DNA from: Octopus vulgaris
Taxonomy: Eukaryota
DNA length: 64,000 nucleotides
Reading direction: 5' to 3'
Assembly: GCA_951406725.2 (NCBI GenBank)
Contig: OX597815.1
Location: forward strand, 45,942,001-46,006,000
In this document: positions 40,468 through 54,644 of the stretch, piece after piece
Position numbering within the stretch: the first letter of the stretch is position 1
Layout: every line of letters begins with the position of its first letter
Notes under the pieces: generated by a model
Told to the model about the DNA's origin: nothing
Databases searched by the model: none
The model's input: only the letters and a program-made list of their open reading frames with translations
Program-made: the position numbers and the translations under genes

Positions 40468-40825
40468 CGCTTAGGCATAGCGATGCTAAGTACCTGGCGC
40501 TGGAACTCAACATACACATGTTTTAGAATACAGTGTCGGTCAAATTCAAAGAATAACATTAATTGTTGAATGACTCGAATGAAAAGGGAACAGGAAAATA
40601 TGCAATGAACTTCATCAGTCTACAGGTGTTTCTTCAATTAGATATAGTGCACCCAGAACTGAGTGCTTGTGCATCACCTTTTAGCTTCTTCGGAGCTATA
40701 TATTTAGTAGATGTAGGTAAAAGGGTATGCACCTGGATACTTAAAATGTATGCCCATATGTGTGTGTGTGTGTGTGTGTGCGTGTGCGTGTGTGTGTGTA
40801 TATACACATATATATATACATATAT

Positions 40826-41004
40826 GGGAATGAAATATAAAAATATTTATCCTATTTTTCTAGACTATGCATAGTTTCTGCAATCTTGTATAAATTAAAA
40901 GCGCCAGATATAAATTAAAATCATTTGATATTAATTTATACAAGATTGCAGAAACTATGCATAGTCTAGGAAAAATAAGGTAAATGTTTTAATTTTTCAT
41001 TCCC
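40826..41004. repeat. Long inverted repeat (~73 bp arms) derived from a PLE-like terminus
   Basis: 40826-40898 is the reverse complement of 40931-41004, with a 32-nt spacer. Confidence 0.9.
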
Positions 41005-41253
41005 TTTCAGAATTGCAACTATTAGTGGATTGGAGTTTTAACTGCTCTTTCTAGTGAGTCAGATATCCTATTATTTGGTTATCTCTTAGGTGTTTGAATG
41101 TAAACTGTATTTTTCTATGAATAATATATAGTCTATTGACTAAATGTTTCCTTCTCACTAGACCACTGGTAGCAAACAATTTTTCATAAATATTTTTGCT
41201 ACCCTCAGATTTTTTAATTAATGATATATACATATATGTATACACACACACAT

Positions 41254-41285
<32 letters not shown>

Positions 41286-41389
41286 GCATATATATATATG
41301 TGTGTACGTATATGTATATACATGTACATATATATTCTTCTTCTTCTTCTTTTCTTCTTCTTCTTCTTCTTCTTCTTCTTCTTCTTCTT

Positions 41390-41420
<31 letters not shown>

Positions 41421-42028
41421 TTATTATTATTATTTTTATGAATTAAAAGGGTAGCGAGCTGGCAAAATCGTTAGCAGGCCGGTCGAAATGCTCAGCGGTA
41501 TTTCGTATGCCGTTACGTTCTGAGTTCAAATTTACCCGAGGTCGACTTTGTCTTTTATCCTTTCGGGGTCGATTAAATAAGTACTAGTTACACACTGGGG
41601 TTGATGTAATCGACTTAATTCCATTGTCTGTCCTTGTTTGTCCCCTCTATGTTTAGCCCCCCCCTATGGGTAATAAAGAAATAAGTATTATGAATTTATT
41701 ATATTCATGTCAATATTTATGTTCATAAAGGTGGAGAGTTGGCAGCATCCTTAGCACGTGAGACAAAACGCTTAATGGCATTTCGCCCGTCTTTACGTTC
41801 TGAGTTCAAAATCTACAGGGTTCGACTCTGCTTTTCACCCTTCCGCGGTCGATAAAATAAGTACCCGTTCGACTTAAACCCCACCCCGAAATTGCTGGTC
41901 TTGTACACAAATATGAAACCGATATTTATGTTCATCAAATGGATTTTCCACATTGTATTTAAACGAGTGTAACAAAAGAATTAAAGATAGTACCATAAAT
42001 TCTAGTCTTTTATTTAGTATGTGTGTGT

Positions 42029-42057
<29 letters not shown>

Positions 42058-42063
<6 letters not shown>

Positions 42064-42218
42064 TAAGTAGCTTGCTAACCAACCACATGGTTCCGGGTTC
42101 AGTCCCACTGCGTGGCATCTTGGGCAAGTGTCTTCTGCTATAGCCCCGGGCCGACCAATACAAAGCCTTGTGAGTGGATTTGGTAGACGGAAACTGAAAG
42201 AAGCCTGTCGTATATATG

Positions 42219-42251
<33 letters not shown>

Positions 42252-42460
42252 TTGTGTGTCTGTGTTTGTCCCCCTAGCATTGCCTGACAACCGATGCTGG
42301 TGTGTTTACGTCCCCGTCACTTAGCGGTTCGGCAAAAGAGACCGATAGAATAAGTACTGGGCTTACAAAGAATAAGTTCCGGGGTCGATTTGCTCGACTA
42401 AAGGCGGTGCTCCAGCATGGCCGCAGTCAAATGACTGAAACAAGTAAAAGAGTAAAAGAG
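42058..42460 (+). mobile_element. SINE family A (tRNA-type head, CORE-like ACCTTGGGCAAGT motif, internal microsatellite); representative copy
   Basis: A/B-box-like TGGCTGTGTGGTAAG...GGTTCAGTCCC. Other full or partial copies near 1866-1990(-), 2010-2404(-), 25108-25260(-), 28134-28280, 28873-29262, 30048-30630, 31150-31513(-), 35380-35545, 38089-38250, 38690-38890, 46211-46635(-), 54170-54591(-), 54643-55008(-), 55040-55240, 58050-58190, 58822-58985. Confidence 0.9.
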
Positions 42461-43049
42461 AGAGTATGTTGAGAAAGCCGGTGAGATGAATTAACTTACC
42501 TCCCTTCAAAAGCAAAAAAAAAAGACGAAAAAAGATCAGAAGAGAAAAAGAAGAAAATTTTTGACTGTGGGTGCTAATGCCAAGCTGGTGTCACGCAAAA
42601 CAACGTAACCCCATCGAACATCACCGTGCCGTCATACAATTACTGCCTATTATATGGATATATGCGTCTGCATATATGCATGCATACATACATTCATACA
42701 TACATACAAACATGCACATATGTACGTGCGTGTATGTACAACAAGCAGTTTTACATCGTTGAAATATTTCCCGCTCAAGCGTTCCTCTGAAGTACAGTCA
42801 TAAACGTTGCACAGTAAAGTCTGTGTATATATTGGCTGCTAGAGCAGCGTAACAATGCAATTATATTTAACGGCTCAGTATCGATGGCGATACATCAGAA
42901 TAGTAAGGACGGTTAATAACGCCCATCTCTTTCTTTTGTTTGAAGCATTCTGTGAAACATTCATGTCTTCTTTGTGCTTCCTTAGCCAGCAGGCTTTGTT
43001 TGTTTCATAAATCGGTGAATAGGAACTCCAAACAACGTCGAAATCACAA

Positions 43050-43051
43050 TG

Positions 43052-43122
<71 letters not shown>

Positions 43123-43169
43123 AGCTGCCGCTGCTGCTGCTACTGCTGCTACTGCTACTGCTGCTACTG

Positions 43170-43227
<58 letters not shown>
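43050..43227. repeat. Compound (ACT)n/(GCT)n microsatellite, representative of dozens of (TA)n, (CA)n, (GA)n, (TAA)n, (TACA)n, (TATC)n and (CTT)n tracts
   Basis: Directly visible. These tracts explain most low-complexity ORFs in the track. Confidence 0.95.
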
Positions 43228-43511
43228 AGATATAGATTTTAATGTCGGTTAACAAGATGCCAATTATCACGATGAATCGTCGTGGTTGTGATCATGGTAC
43301 TCCCCCTTCGCGCCTCCATTCTCTCCTGTGCATTCTCCTCAATCGCCATCATCAACGTTACCGTCATCACCGCAACAATCACAACACCATTACTCCCCCA
43401 TTCCTATCACGACCATCACCACCACTGTCTGTCTGAGGTCCTTGTTGTAACTTGACAAATAGTACAAACCCCCGGTAGATACAATATCTGCAATCAATAA
43501 CAACAACAACA

Positions 43512-43593
<82 letters not shown>

Positions 43594-43869
43594 ATAATAA
43601 TAATAATAATGATAATAATCTTTTCTACTATAGGCTCAAGGCCTGAAATTTTTGCGGAGGGAACTAGTCGATTACATCAACCTTAGTGTTCAACTAGCAC
43701 TTAATTTATCAACTCCGAAAGGATGAAAGGCAAAGTTGACCTCAGCGGAATTTGGACTCAGAACGTAAAGACGAACGAAATGTTGCTTAGCATTTCTGCG
43801 ATTCTGGCAGCTCACTGCCTTAAAGATGATAATAATAATAATAATGATAATAATCCTTTTTACCATAAG

Positions 43870-44520
43870 AAATAATCCGTCTTCTTGATCATCACTGGCC
43901 CCGGTTTTGACAGAACAGAGGAAGTGGTGATCCCGTTTATTTCTCTAGCTATTATGGAATCTACGACTATAAGGCTCCGGAAAAAGCAGCAGCAGCAGCA
44001 GCAACAACAGTCATAATCTTTACTTCTGGTCGCCTGCTGCCTTCGGATGCTCTTTTGCCTTTTATGTTTCCCTTTTTCTCGACAGAAGGTTTTCAATGGC
44101 CTCTACTATCACACGTGTAGCAACTAGACCTCTCAGACTAAGGTTTTCTCTTCTCTGTCAACGGGTTACATCTCCGTGATGGCCTTGCTATTTTTGAGGT
44201 TATTAAGACTTGAATGTCCATAAAGGCTCCCATTCGACCATATATCATAGCAGCTCCCTTCCACGTGCGCCATTTGCTCGTACTGAGTTGCAAAGGGACG
44301 ATAAACTAAGAGTCAGTGTTGCTACATAGATCTCCTGTGACAACAGTAAATGGACCGCTGTATAGAGCATCACCTCTATCTGTTTCCTCTTGTCTTATTA
44401 AAACCAGACTCACACTTCGATGAAATACACATCCTGTCACACATAAGCTAGAGTTTCTTCCAACTCCCAACTTTTCATTCGAGAATAAATGAAAGCCTCT
44501 TCAATTTCTTTTCTTTTTCT
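43870..44520 (-). mobile_element. Decayed gag/ORF1-like remnant with zinc knuckle
   Basis: At ~44122-44082: CYTCDSRGH(-1 frameshift)LKTFC = CX2CX4HX4C. Boundaries are uncertain. Confidence 0.4.
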
Positions 44521-44791
44521 TTATTTATAAAGACATGTTACCATCCTCAGTGCCTTTTGTTGAGTAATACTTCTATCAAAGAGATGCTCGCCTGTATGAC
44601 ATACTTTTTCTATGCCTTTTCGTTTGTCTGGTATTGGTTGGCATCCAATGTATACCTTTGGTTTGCACCCCAAGCAATGACTGAATTGCTGTTGCTGGTA
44701 ATGTTGCTTAATGCCGTTTAAGTTGTTCTTTTCACTTGTCAAATTGTTACTATCTGTGTTTACAACTGATACTGTTTGCTTCAACGTTATA

Positions 44792-45359
44792 TTGGGTTGT
44801 CTGGAAAGTTCGTGCCGGTTTTTAAAAGAAAGAAAAAGGTCAATAAATACTTGCCATTACATTTTTAATCAACCAAATATGAAACATTTTGTTGCACAAT
44901 GCATCTCCATCTTTCCTTTAATTTGAAAATACCCTCTTCCCAGAACTGAGGTGGTTTCATGGCAAAGAATTCATCAAGGTATCTTTTTTACGTCATCCAA
45001 GAAATTGAATTTTTTTACCATTAAGACTATTCTGCAGAGACCTGAATAAGTGGAAATCCGAAGGAGCAATATCTGGTGAATATGTAAGGTGGGGTAACAC
45101 ATCCCAGCCGAGCTGCAGCAATTTTTGTCTGGTTCCCAAAGTATCAAGTGCCGAAAATGAACTTTCTTATCTTCCATTTTAAAGGGTTACAGAATTAACA
45201 CAGGTTATGGGAATATAAACCTTCTTCCACGAAAAGATAGCTTAAACTGTGCTCTAAATGAAGGTGTAGTCAAATCCTATTTTATGGACTCAACCATGTT
45301 CTAAAATAAGTCGAAAGTTAAGCTACTATAAATCGGCACGAACTTTCCGGACAACCCAA
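44792..45359 (-). mobile_element. Internally deleted mariner transposon
   Basis: TIRs TTGGGTTGTCTGGAAAGTTCGTGCCG / CGGCACGAACTTTCCGGACAACCCAA, TA TSD. N-terminus MEDKKVHFRHLILWE is fused to the C-terminus LLQLGWDVLPH..YSPDIAPSDFHLFRSLQN (mariner YSPDLAP motif). Confidence 0.95.
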
Positions 45360-46158
45360 TATTATCCAGTTTGTTTTAACTTTGTGGCAGATTACCTTCT
45401 CCGAATTCAAACTTTAAAGCAAGTTAATATTTGAAAGTCAAAGTCATTGTTGAATAATATTACTATATCTGGTAATGTTGACTATAGATAATTATCGCTA
45501 GTGAGTAACAATTCTATATTTGGTAATATCCAGCCAATCATCTTTGATGTCGGTTGGTGACAGGTGATAATAGCAAAAAAGGAAAAATTTAAATTTTGCA
45601 CCTAATTGCTTGGTGGAGCCGTTTTGAATGTTTTGGCAGACTTATAAAAATCTCAATACACGAACAATCCCTTGAACTTCATTGCTGTGACAGTTGACAG
45701 TGCTAAACTGAAATGTTGCTGACGTGAAGTTGCAACGTCTTCTCTCGCAGTATTCAAACGGATAAGAGCGTTTAAAGGTGATGGACGAAAAAAAAAAAAA
45801 AAGAAAAAAAAAACGGAATCAGGAGCGACCCAAAACTGAACGATAGATAGGTGTTGGTGGAAATAATAACATTCAACGTAGAAAAACGAATGAAGTCATC
45901 CCAGCAACGCATTTTTGTCGTATTATAAATGCATGATAAACTATTGCTAAACTATTGAAACAGTAGAACTACAATCAATAGTCTCTATGAGTCAGAACTG
46001 TTGTATCGTTGGTAAAATTTGGAGGTTTGACAGACAAAAAAGATGGTAACAGAAAATAAAAATAAAAATCGTAATCACGAACGGGATTCTTCACACTGAC
46101 GTAGAGGGGCGGAATGAATCACTTGTTTAGTTGGTGCCTCATTTTCTTGTTTCTTTAA

Positions 46159-46201
<43 letters not shown>

Positions 46202-47306
46202 ACACACACATTCTTTTATTCTTTTACTTGTTTCAGTCATATGACTGCGGTCATGCTGGAGCACCGGCTTAAAGGTTTTTGGCGAACAAATTGACCCCAG
46301 GACTTATTCTTTGTCAGCTTAGTATTTATTCTATCAATCTCCTAGGCTGAACCGCTAAGTTACGAGGAGATAAACACATCAGCATCGGTTGTCAAGCGAT
46401 GGCGGAGGGAGAAACACACACACACACACACACACACAAACATATACAAATATATACATATACATATATATATATGTATATATACAAAGGGCTTCTTTCA
46501 GTTTCCGTCAACCAAATTCACTCACAAGGCTTTAGTCGACCCGAGGCTATAGTACAAGACACTTGCCCAAGGTACCACGCAATGGGACTGAACCCGGAAG
46601 CATGTGGTTGGGAAGCAAGCTTCTTACCACACAAACACAGATATACTAGTGTATATGCGTACACACGCGTGCGCACACACACATACATACATATATGTTA
46701 GAAATACATTACAAATATATAGAAAATATATAAACAATATATTTTACGTAATTCCGACATTATCTTACATGGAACTCAATTTGCTGTGCAGAGTGGATAG
46801 GTATGTTGATTATATCAAAAGTTAACAGTTTACTCAGAGTTTCGCTCCTGGACTGAACTGGCCACGACAGTTTCAAAATGTCTTATTCTTAAATAAATCT
46901 ATTCTTAGGAATAATAAAAATATTTTTATCAATAATGTATTATTCTTAGAATAATAACATTATTCTATAATTATTCTTAATAAAAATAGTCTGAAATTAT
47001 TCTTTAACCTATTTAGCACAGCAAAATAGAAGTTTGGCCATTCATATTGAAATATATTAACAGATTTTAAATTAGATATAACTGTGGCGTACACGTTTGT
47101 TTCTAGTATCGTACATTCGATAATTTTAGTCAACTATTAACTAATCTATCTATCTGTCTTTCTCCCTGTGTGCGTGCGTGTATTATGTATGTATACATAT
47201 ATATATATGTATACAATATAATACAATACAATGCACATACATACGTGTATATATATATATATATATATACATACATATATATATATGTATATACTGTATC
47301 TATCAA

Positions 47307-47890
47307 CTCACAACTCTAGAAAACAATGAGGCATACAACAATATTGTGCAAAATCTTCCTTTACTCACTAGAGACCCGAAAATGAACATCTTGAAAGCAC
47401 ATAAATTCATCAAATGCAAAAGCAACACAAATCGCCAAAGAGACATCTGACAAATGCGAAGCCTTACACAACAACCACGAAACCAACGGTTGAAAATGTG
47501 GACGCCCAAACTGTGGAACATGTCCCAACCTGCTTGAAGACTTGGATTTCCTTTTTAAACAAGGAGAGAGGTTCACAATTAAAACCAACTTCACATGTGC
47601 CTCTGAGAATCTAATTTATCCTGCTCCGGTTGTGGACATCACTATATAGGACAGACGAGTGTGACATTGAGACGGAGAACCACACTACATAAAGAGCAGA
47701 TCCAGTTCTCGTAATACAGATAGATTCCTTTAAGTGAACACATAGAGAAATGTGCAGGTAGCATCGAACCAAATTTCACAGTTTTCCTCTTCTACTAATG
47801 CAAAGATACAATTTCTGTTCAAGAACGTTTAAATAAAGAAAGTTTATTCATTGAAAAATACAGAGCACGTCTAAATATGCATGCATAACC
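47307..47890 (+). mobile_element. Decayed Penelope-like fragment (linker plus GIY-YIG)
   Basis: KCGRPNCGTC, NFTCASENLIY, HYIGQTSVTLRRRTTLHKEQI, SEHIEKC, with stops and frameshifts. Same family as 62483-63493. Confidence 0.85.
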
Positions 47891-47985
47891 AACTTTGATC
47901 TCTCTCTATATGTTTTAATTCACGATTACATACCCCCACTGTACATATTTCTCCCCACTCCTCTAGATTTTGAATTTTTGCGTAT

Positions 47986-48042
<57 letters not shown>

Positions 48043-49156
48043 ATGTATATATATATGTATATATATATAATCTCTCACTCACCGAAAGATGAAGAATTAT
48101 CTCCCTGTCCACGATGATAATTACCTCCCCTTAGATTTTTCTACTTGTTGAATCATTCATTCATAAACTCCACACACAACATGGAGGTTATTTTTTTTCT
48201 TAAGAAAATACGTTATAATTAGCGAAAGCGAAACCAGTCAACAAACACAATATAAGATATATTAAAAATTATATTAAAACTATGTAAAGCGTGTGCATTT
48301 TCCTTTTTTAATTTCTTATATATACATTACAACTCACTACGTGGGGAGAATCGAAATTCCTCCCTTTCTGTTACTATATATATATATTGCCAGTAGCGCG
48401 CCTGAGTAGCCACATTGATGACTAAAGTTGCTTCCGCAACCGGATTACGTGAAGAAGGTTGCAAGAAACGCAGCAAGACAAAGAAAAAAGCTCCCAAAAG
48501 AAAGAACGAACCCAATGACTATCTAGGAATTACATCTGGACACAGAAATACTTGTGATGGTGAACGAGCGCACCATATAACCTCCTGAAAGAGATGGACC
48601 CTTATTCCTCATTACAACAATTGTATAGGAAAAGGATACTCTGGTGTAAAATTTAGAGATAATCCAGCTTTTGGCTGTCTCAGTAAATGCTGGCTCACTT
48701 GGAAGAAAGGTATTTATGAGTATATCTTACTATAATCAATTTTACACACATAGACTTCTTAGAAAATACAATATGGGTCTCTAACAGAGTTCTGCGATGA
48801 TAGAGAGTAGTAGAACCTAGGGTTTTTACAAACTGGAAGTATGTAGTTGCACGTAACCGACTTGGAATATTGGTTCCCAAACTTCTTTCCCAAACTTTCG
48901 CAATGGAGAGATTCCGTAGCATCTTGTATAAATGAGCAGCTCTTTCCAGGGATAATACTACACACGTCTTGTTAATCAGATAGGTTCTAGAATGGGTGGT
49001 TTAAATGAAGTTTGACTAATTCTGAAACTGACCTGCAGACCCGCAACTAAAAGCTGAGCTACGCTTTTCAGATTTCCATGGTAACACCCAAAAAATTTAC
49101 TTTCCCAGAAGTTGACTTCCAACACATACATACATACAAACGCGCATACATACATG

Positions 49157-49207
<51 letters not shown>

Positions 49208-49209
<2 letters not shown>

Positions 49210-51420
49210 CGGGAAGCTTTATGAAAATAAACAAAAAACGAAGGCAGGTGGAAAACAAACGAACAATTGTATTAGTATGGCGCTCAGGAAATATAAATAA
49301 AACAAGTCTTTAACGTTTCGAGCCTACGCTCTTCAACAGAAATATACACAGAGAGAAAAAAAACACAGAAAGAAGGAGAGAAAAAAAAAATGCGTGCAGT
49401 AGCTAACGAATCAACATGGCGATCTGATTTCGGCCAGAGGTCAAAGATCAAACATGAGACGCGAGAGCGAAATAAGGGGAGATAATAGGGTTGATAATAG
49501 GGTTGATAATAGGGTTGAGGGACCAGCTAATAGTGCGTAGGAGGAGTCTGGATGTGTGTATGTATAGGGTTGGTGTATGTATTAGTATGTATAAGGGTGT
49601 GTGTGTGTGTGTGTGTGTGTATGAGAGAGTATTAGTGCGTAGGATTGGTCTGGACGTGCGTATGTATGGGGTTGGTGTATGTATTAGTATGTATTAGTAT
49701 GTATTAGTACGTATTAGTATGTATAAGTGTGTGTGTGTGTGTATGAGAGAGTATAAGTGTGTATGCGGGGTCTGGACGTGTGTATGTATAGGGTTGGTGT
49801 ATGTATTAGTATGTACTAGTATGTATTAGTACGTATTAGTATGTATTAGTTGGTGTATGTATTAGTATGGCACATCATATGTGATGTGATGTGTAAAGTC
49901 ATGTGGTGTAGTGAGGAGAAGAGGGGGAGAAGAGGGGGAGAAGAGGGGGAGAGAAGGGGAGGGGAAGAAGAGGGGGAGGAGAGGATGGGGGAGAAGTAAG
50001 GGGAGGAGGGGGGATGAAGGAGGAAAGAGGGAGAGGGGGAGAGAGAAGGGGAGAGAGGGAGTGAGGGAGCAGAGGGAAGGGGAAGAAGGAGGGAGAAAGA
50101 GGGAAGAAGGGAAGGGGAGTAGGGGTGAAAGGATGAAGAACTGAAGAAGTAGGGGTCGGGGGGAAAGGATAGGTGAGGAGGGGGGAGAGGGGGTTAGATG
50201 AGGAGGGGGAGAGTTGAGACCAAATGGCGTATAAGAGCGAAGAGAGAAGATTAATTCCTGTTCACGGCGCAAACGGGAATCCGGATGGCCTCTGTGTAAG
50301 GACAAACCGAACACAGATAGGTGTTGCAAGGAGTGACCGGTGGAGCGGAAATGGCGTGAGACCGGTGTGTCGTTCGCAAGGTAGATGTCACGAAGGTGTT
50401 CCGCGAACCGGTCAGCCAAGCGGCGTCCCGTTTGTCCGATGTACAAGGAATTGCAGAGAGAGCACGAGATGCAATAGATAATATTGCTGGAGGTGCAGGT
50501 GAAGGAGTGGATGATGGGATAGGGTCGATGGTGGGTGCTAGTGAGGCGGGTGGTGTTGGAGAGGTTAGGGCAAGTGCGGCAACGTGGGCGGGAGCAGGGG
50601 AACGAGCCGGGTTGGGAGGTAGGGTCAGGGAAGGAGCTATGGACCAAAAGGTCTCGAAGGTTGTGGGCTCGTTTGAAAGAGGGGAGGGGTCGGTTAGGGA
50701 AGAGGTGTGAAGTGGACGGGTCGGACTGGAGATGACGGAAAGCTCGAAGAATGGTGCGTTGGAGACGTAGGGTCGTGGGGTGGTAAGTGAGGGGAAAAGG
50801 GAGGCGGGAGACTACAGGGCGGGTTCGGGGAGAGAGAGCAGATACACGGTCCACGGACCGTGCTCTGGCAAGGGCGGTGTGGATAGTGGTGAGGGGGTAT
50901 CCACGTAGGGTGAAGTGGTGAGCCATACGTTGAGACTGAGTCTCAAAGTCATGGTCGTCACTACAGAGCCTACGTAGACGGAGGAATTGGGAATAGGGGA
51001 TGGAAAGCTTGGTGTGTTCTGGGTGGGAGGAAGAGAAGTTGAGGTATGAGTGTGAGTCTGTGTGTTTGTAGTGAATGGAGGTGGTAAAAGTGGAGTGAAG
51101 AATGCTAACCGAAATGTCGAGGAAGGAGACAGAAGTGTTGGAGATAGTGGAAGTGAAGTGGAGGGCTGGATGGAAAGATTGGACGAAAGAGAGGAAGGAA
51201 TCTAGATGTTCGCGGGAGAGTGAGGTGGCACCGATAATGTCGTCAATGTAACGACCATATAGTTCAGGAGTGGGACCAGTGAAATTAGAGAATATTTGGG
51301 CCTCAACATAGCCAACGAACAGGTTCGCATAGTTGGGGCCCATTCGCGTTCCCATGGCCACTCCCGAGACCTGATGGTAGAACTCGCCCGCGAACGAGAA
51401 GCAGTTCAGAGTAAGGACAA
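49208..51420 (-). mobile_element. 5'-truncated Penelope-like retroelement with intact RT C-terminal half and GIY-YIG endonuclease
   Basis: Open frame FYHQVSGVAMGTRMGPNYANLF...YGRYIDDI...FLDI...CSRPRCRTC...FTCTSSNIIYCISCSLCNSLYIGQTGRRLADRFAEH...PFGLN. Pyrimidine-rich 3' region. Terminus abuts (TA)n at 49208. Confidence 0.95.
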
Positions 51421-51422
51421 AT

Positions 51423-52087
<665 letters not shown>

Positions 52088-53547
52088 ATACATGCATATA
52101 CAAATTCGACCACATAAGTGCAAAACAAGAGATGGTGGGGGAATAACAGTCGAATACTTTCCTCCAAATCTTCGTCTTTTGAGTTCAAAGTCTGCCGAGA
52201 TCAACTTTACTTTCATCCTTTCAAAGTCGATAAAATGAAGTACTACTCAAGTAATGGAGCCAATGGTTTCGACTAACCACCTCACACCAAAACTGAAGTC
52301 ATTTTGCTGAATTAAAGTCAATATTACAGATGTTCAAATTACTGACCACTGATAAATGGAAGGTGAAGTTAACTCTAGTAGGATTTGAAGTTTTGAACAA
52401 AAATTATAAATACAGTTATTTGTAATTTAGCGCTTTCACATTCATATGATTGAATTTGATTAGTAATTGTTAGCTACACTTTTATCTAAAAACTGAAAAA
52501 GAAAATGTCTCTTGTTAAATCTTTCCTCATGATTTTATTTAGCCATATAGTATTGGATTTTACCTTAAAGCCCATTAACGTTTAGAGATTTAGATCTCAG
52601 TTGAGTTATAGTTTTCATTTTGGTGATTTGAGAAGGATAAATGTCAACGTGAACGACGGTTGTGGTGGGGTTTTAAATCATATAATACTTTTGAAAAATA
52701 TAACACGCAAGCCAAAATGGGTACCTCTAAGCGCTTCAACTTACTAGAAACAGCTGTGAAATCTCTCTCAAACCATCACATACCGTAATGAAAAATGCAG
52801 AAAATATTGGATAGTGTCCATGATATGCAAAAAAAAAAACCCACCGCCAAATAAAAAAACGATATGGCAATGACTCCAATGCTTTTGATCATTAATGTGC
52901 TTGAAAAGAGCTGATCTGAAGATAAATAATAACAATGAAATCAACAAATATATAGTAGTTTAGTTCTGAAGTAAAAAAAGGCAAAGAGCGATTGCGTGCA
53001 ATAAATTTGAAAAAAATCTGACGGCGAAATGAAAAGAGGAAGAAAGAAAAGTCCACAAACCCTTTGGGTGGGAATAGTATGTCAAAACCATATCCAGATG
53101 ATAGACACAACCATTTTAACATCTATTTGTTTAAACAACAAACTCTTGGAGCTAACTTTTCAAGTATTTGCATTGAAAACAGCATGGTGTGAATATTAGA
53201 AAGCTGAAAAAACATGGCAGAAGCTAACTTCCTGTTTAGGAGATCATGAAACGAACTTGCTATAGACGGGAAGTTCAGTTCGCTTAGGCTGCAGAAAGTT
53301 ACAACAGGTAGTCTAGAACAAAGCTGTTATCATATCAATGTTGTATATTCACTTATATTCACGTGAGTTTTCGTTTTCTATATCTCAAATATGAAAGAGT
53401 AGGCAGTGTCGTAGGTTAATTTAGAAATGTTAAGTATTTAACTAAACAAGTGGGTCAGCTATGTAGGTACTTTGTTTATACTTTCTTAGGTCGTTCAAAG
53501 TACTGGGATAATTAACATACTAGAGATCTATCACAATATTAACTATA

Positions 53548-53827
53548 ATATCCTGTTGTGTCAGGGGATAGTCATTTTCTTTTTGTACCTTATAATGTAA
53601 CACACTCACCTGTAAAATTTCCACTTATTTCTTATTTTTATTTTCCTAAAACTTTCGTTGCGACTTGCAACCTTTTCAGTAGTCTTGACTCTCTACTGAA
53701 AAGGTTGCAAGTCGCAACGAAAATTTTAGGAAAATAAAAATAAGAAATAAGTGGAAATTTTACCGGTGAGTGTGTTACATTATAAGGCACAAAAAGAAAA
53801 TGACTCACCCCAGACACAACAGAATAT
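53548..53827. repeat. Near-perfect palindrome (~135 bp arms, ~10 nt loop)
   Basis: 53548-53682 is the reverse complement of 53693-53827 with few mismatches. Confidence 0.95.
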
Positions 53828-54054
53828 GCTTCAACACACAAACTCATATAAAGAATCTTGCAAACCAAATACAAAAACGAACTATAATATCATTTCTCGG
53901 AAATTAGTTATACTAGTACAGAAACTTAAACATAGAATTCTTAAGATCGTCATTTACATAATTTTTAGATAGATGTTGATATTCTTGATACTTTCAATCG
54001 ATTTTCATTTTCTTTTTTGAGGGACAAAAAAATCATACATACATACATATGTGC

Positions 54055-54156
<102 letters not shown>

Positions 54157-54589
54157 GTGTATATATATACTTTTATTTGTTTCAGTCATTTCACTGCGGT
54201 CACGCTGGAACACCGCCTTTAGTCGAACAAATCGACCCAAGGACTTATCCTTTGTAAGCCTAGTACTTATTCTATCGTTGCTTTTTGCCGAACCGTTAAG
54301 TTACGAAGACGTAAACACACCAGCATCGGTTGTCAAACACAGGCACACAACACATACACACAACACATACACACACATACGAACACACATACACACACAC
54401 ACACACACACATCTATATATATACGAAGGGCTCCTTGTGAGTGGATTTCCGTCTACCAAATCCACTCACAAGGTTTTGGTCGACTCGAGGCTATAGTCGA
54501 AGATACTTGCCCAAGGTGCAACGCAGTGGGCCTGAACCCGAAACCACGTGGTTGGTAAGCAAGCTACTTACCACACAGGCACTCCTGCG

Positions 54590-54644
<55 letters not shown>

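Noticed and set aside
44521-44784. ORF apparently interrupted by the mariner insertion
   Set aside because: Removing the mariner and one TA leaves an in-frame stop a few codons upstream, so no longer ORF is restored.
48540-49040. Non-repetitive island with short minus-strand ORFs
   Set aside because: No recognisable domain or clean splice pair.
49482-49517. TAGGGTT-containing repeats resembling telomeric DNA
   Set aside because: The unit is 12 bp (ATAATAGGGTTG), three copies, inside a PLE 3' region; not (TTAGGG)n.
49862-50210. Pro/Leu/Ser-rich C-terminal extension of the 499-aa ORF
   Set aside because: Read-through into a polypyrimidine 3' tract after the PFGLN motif that normally ends PLE proteins.
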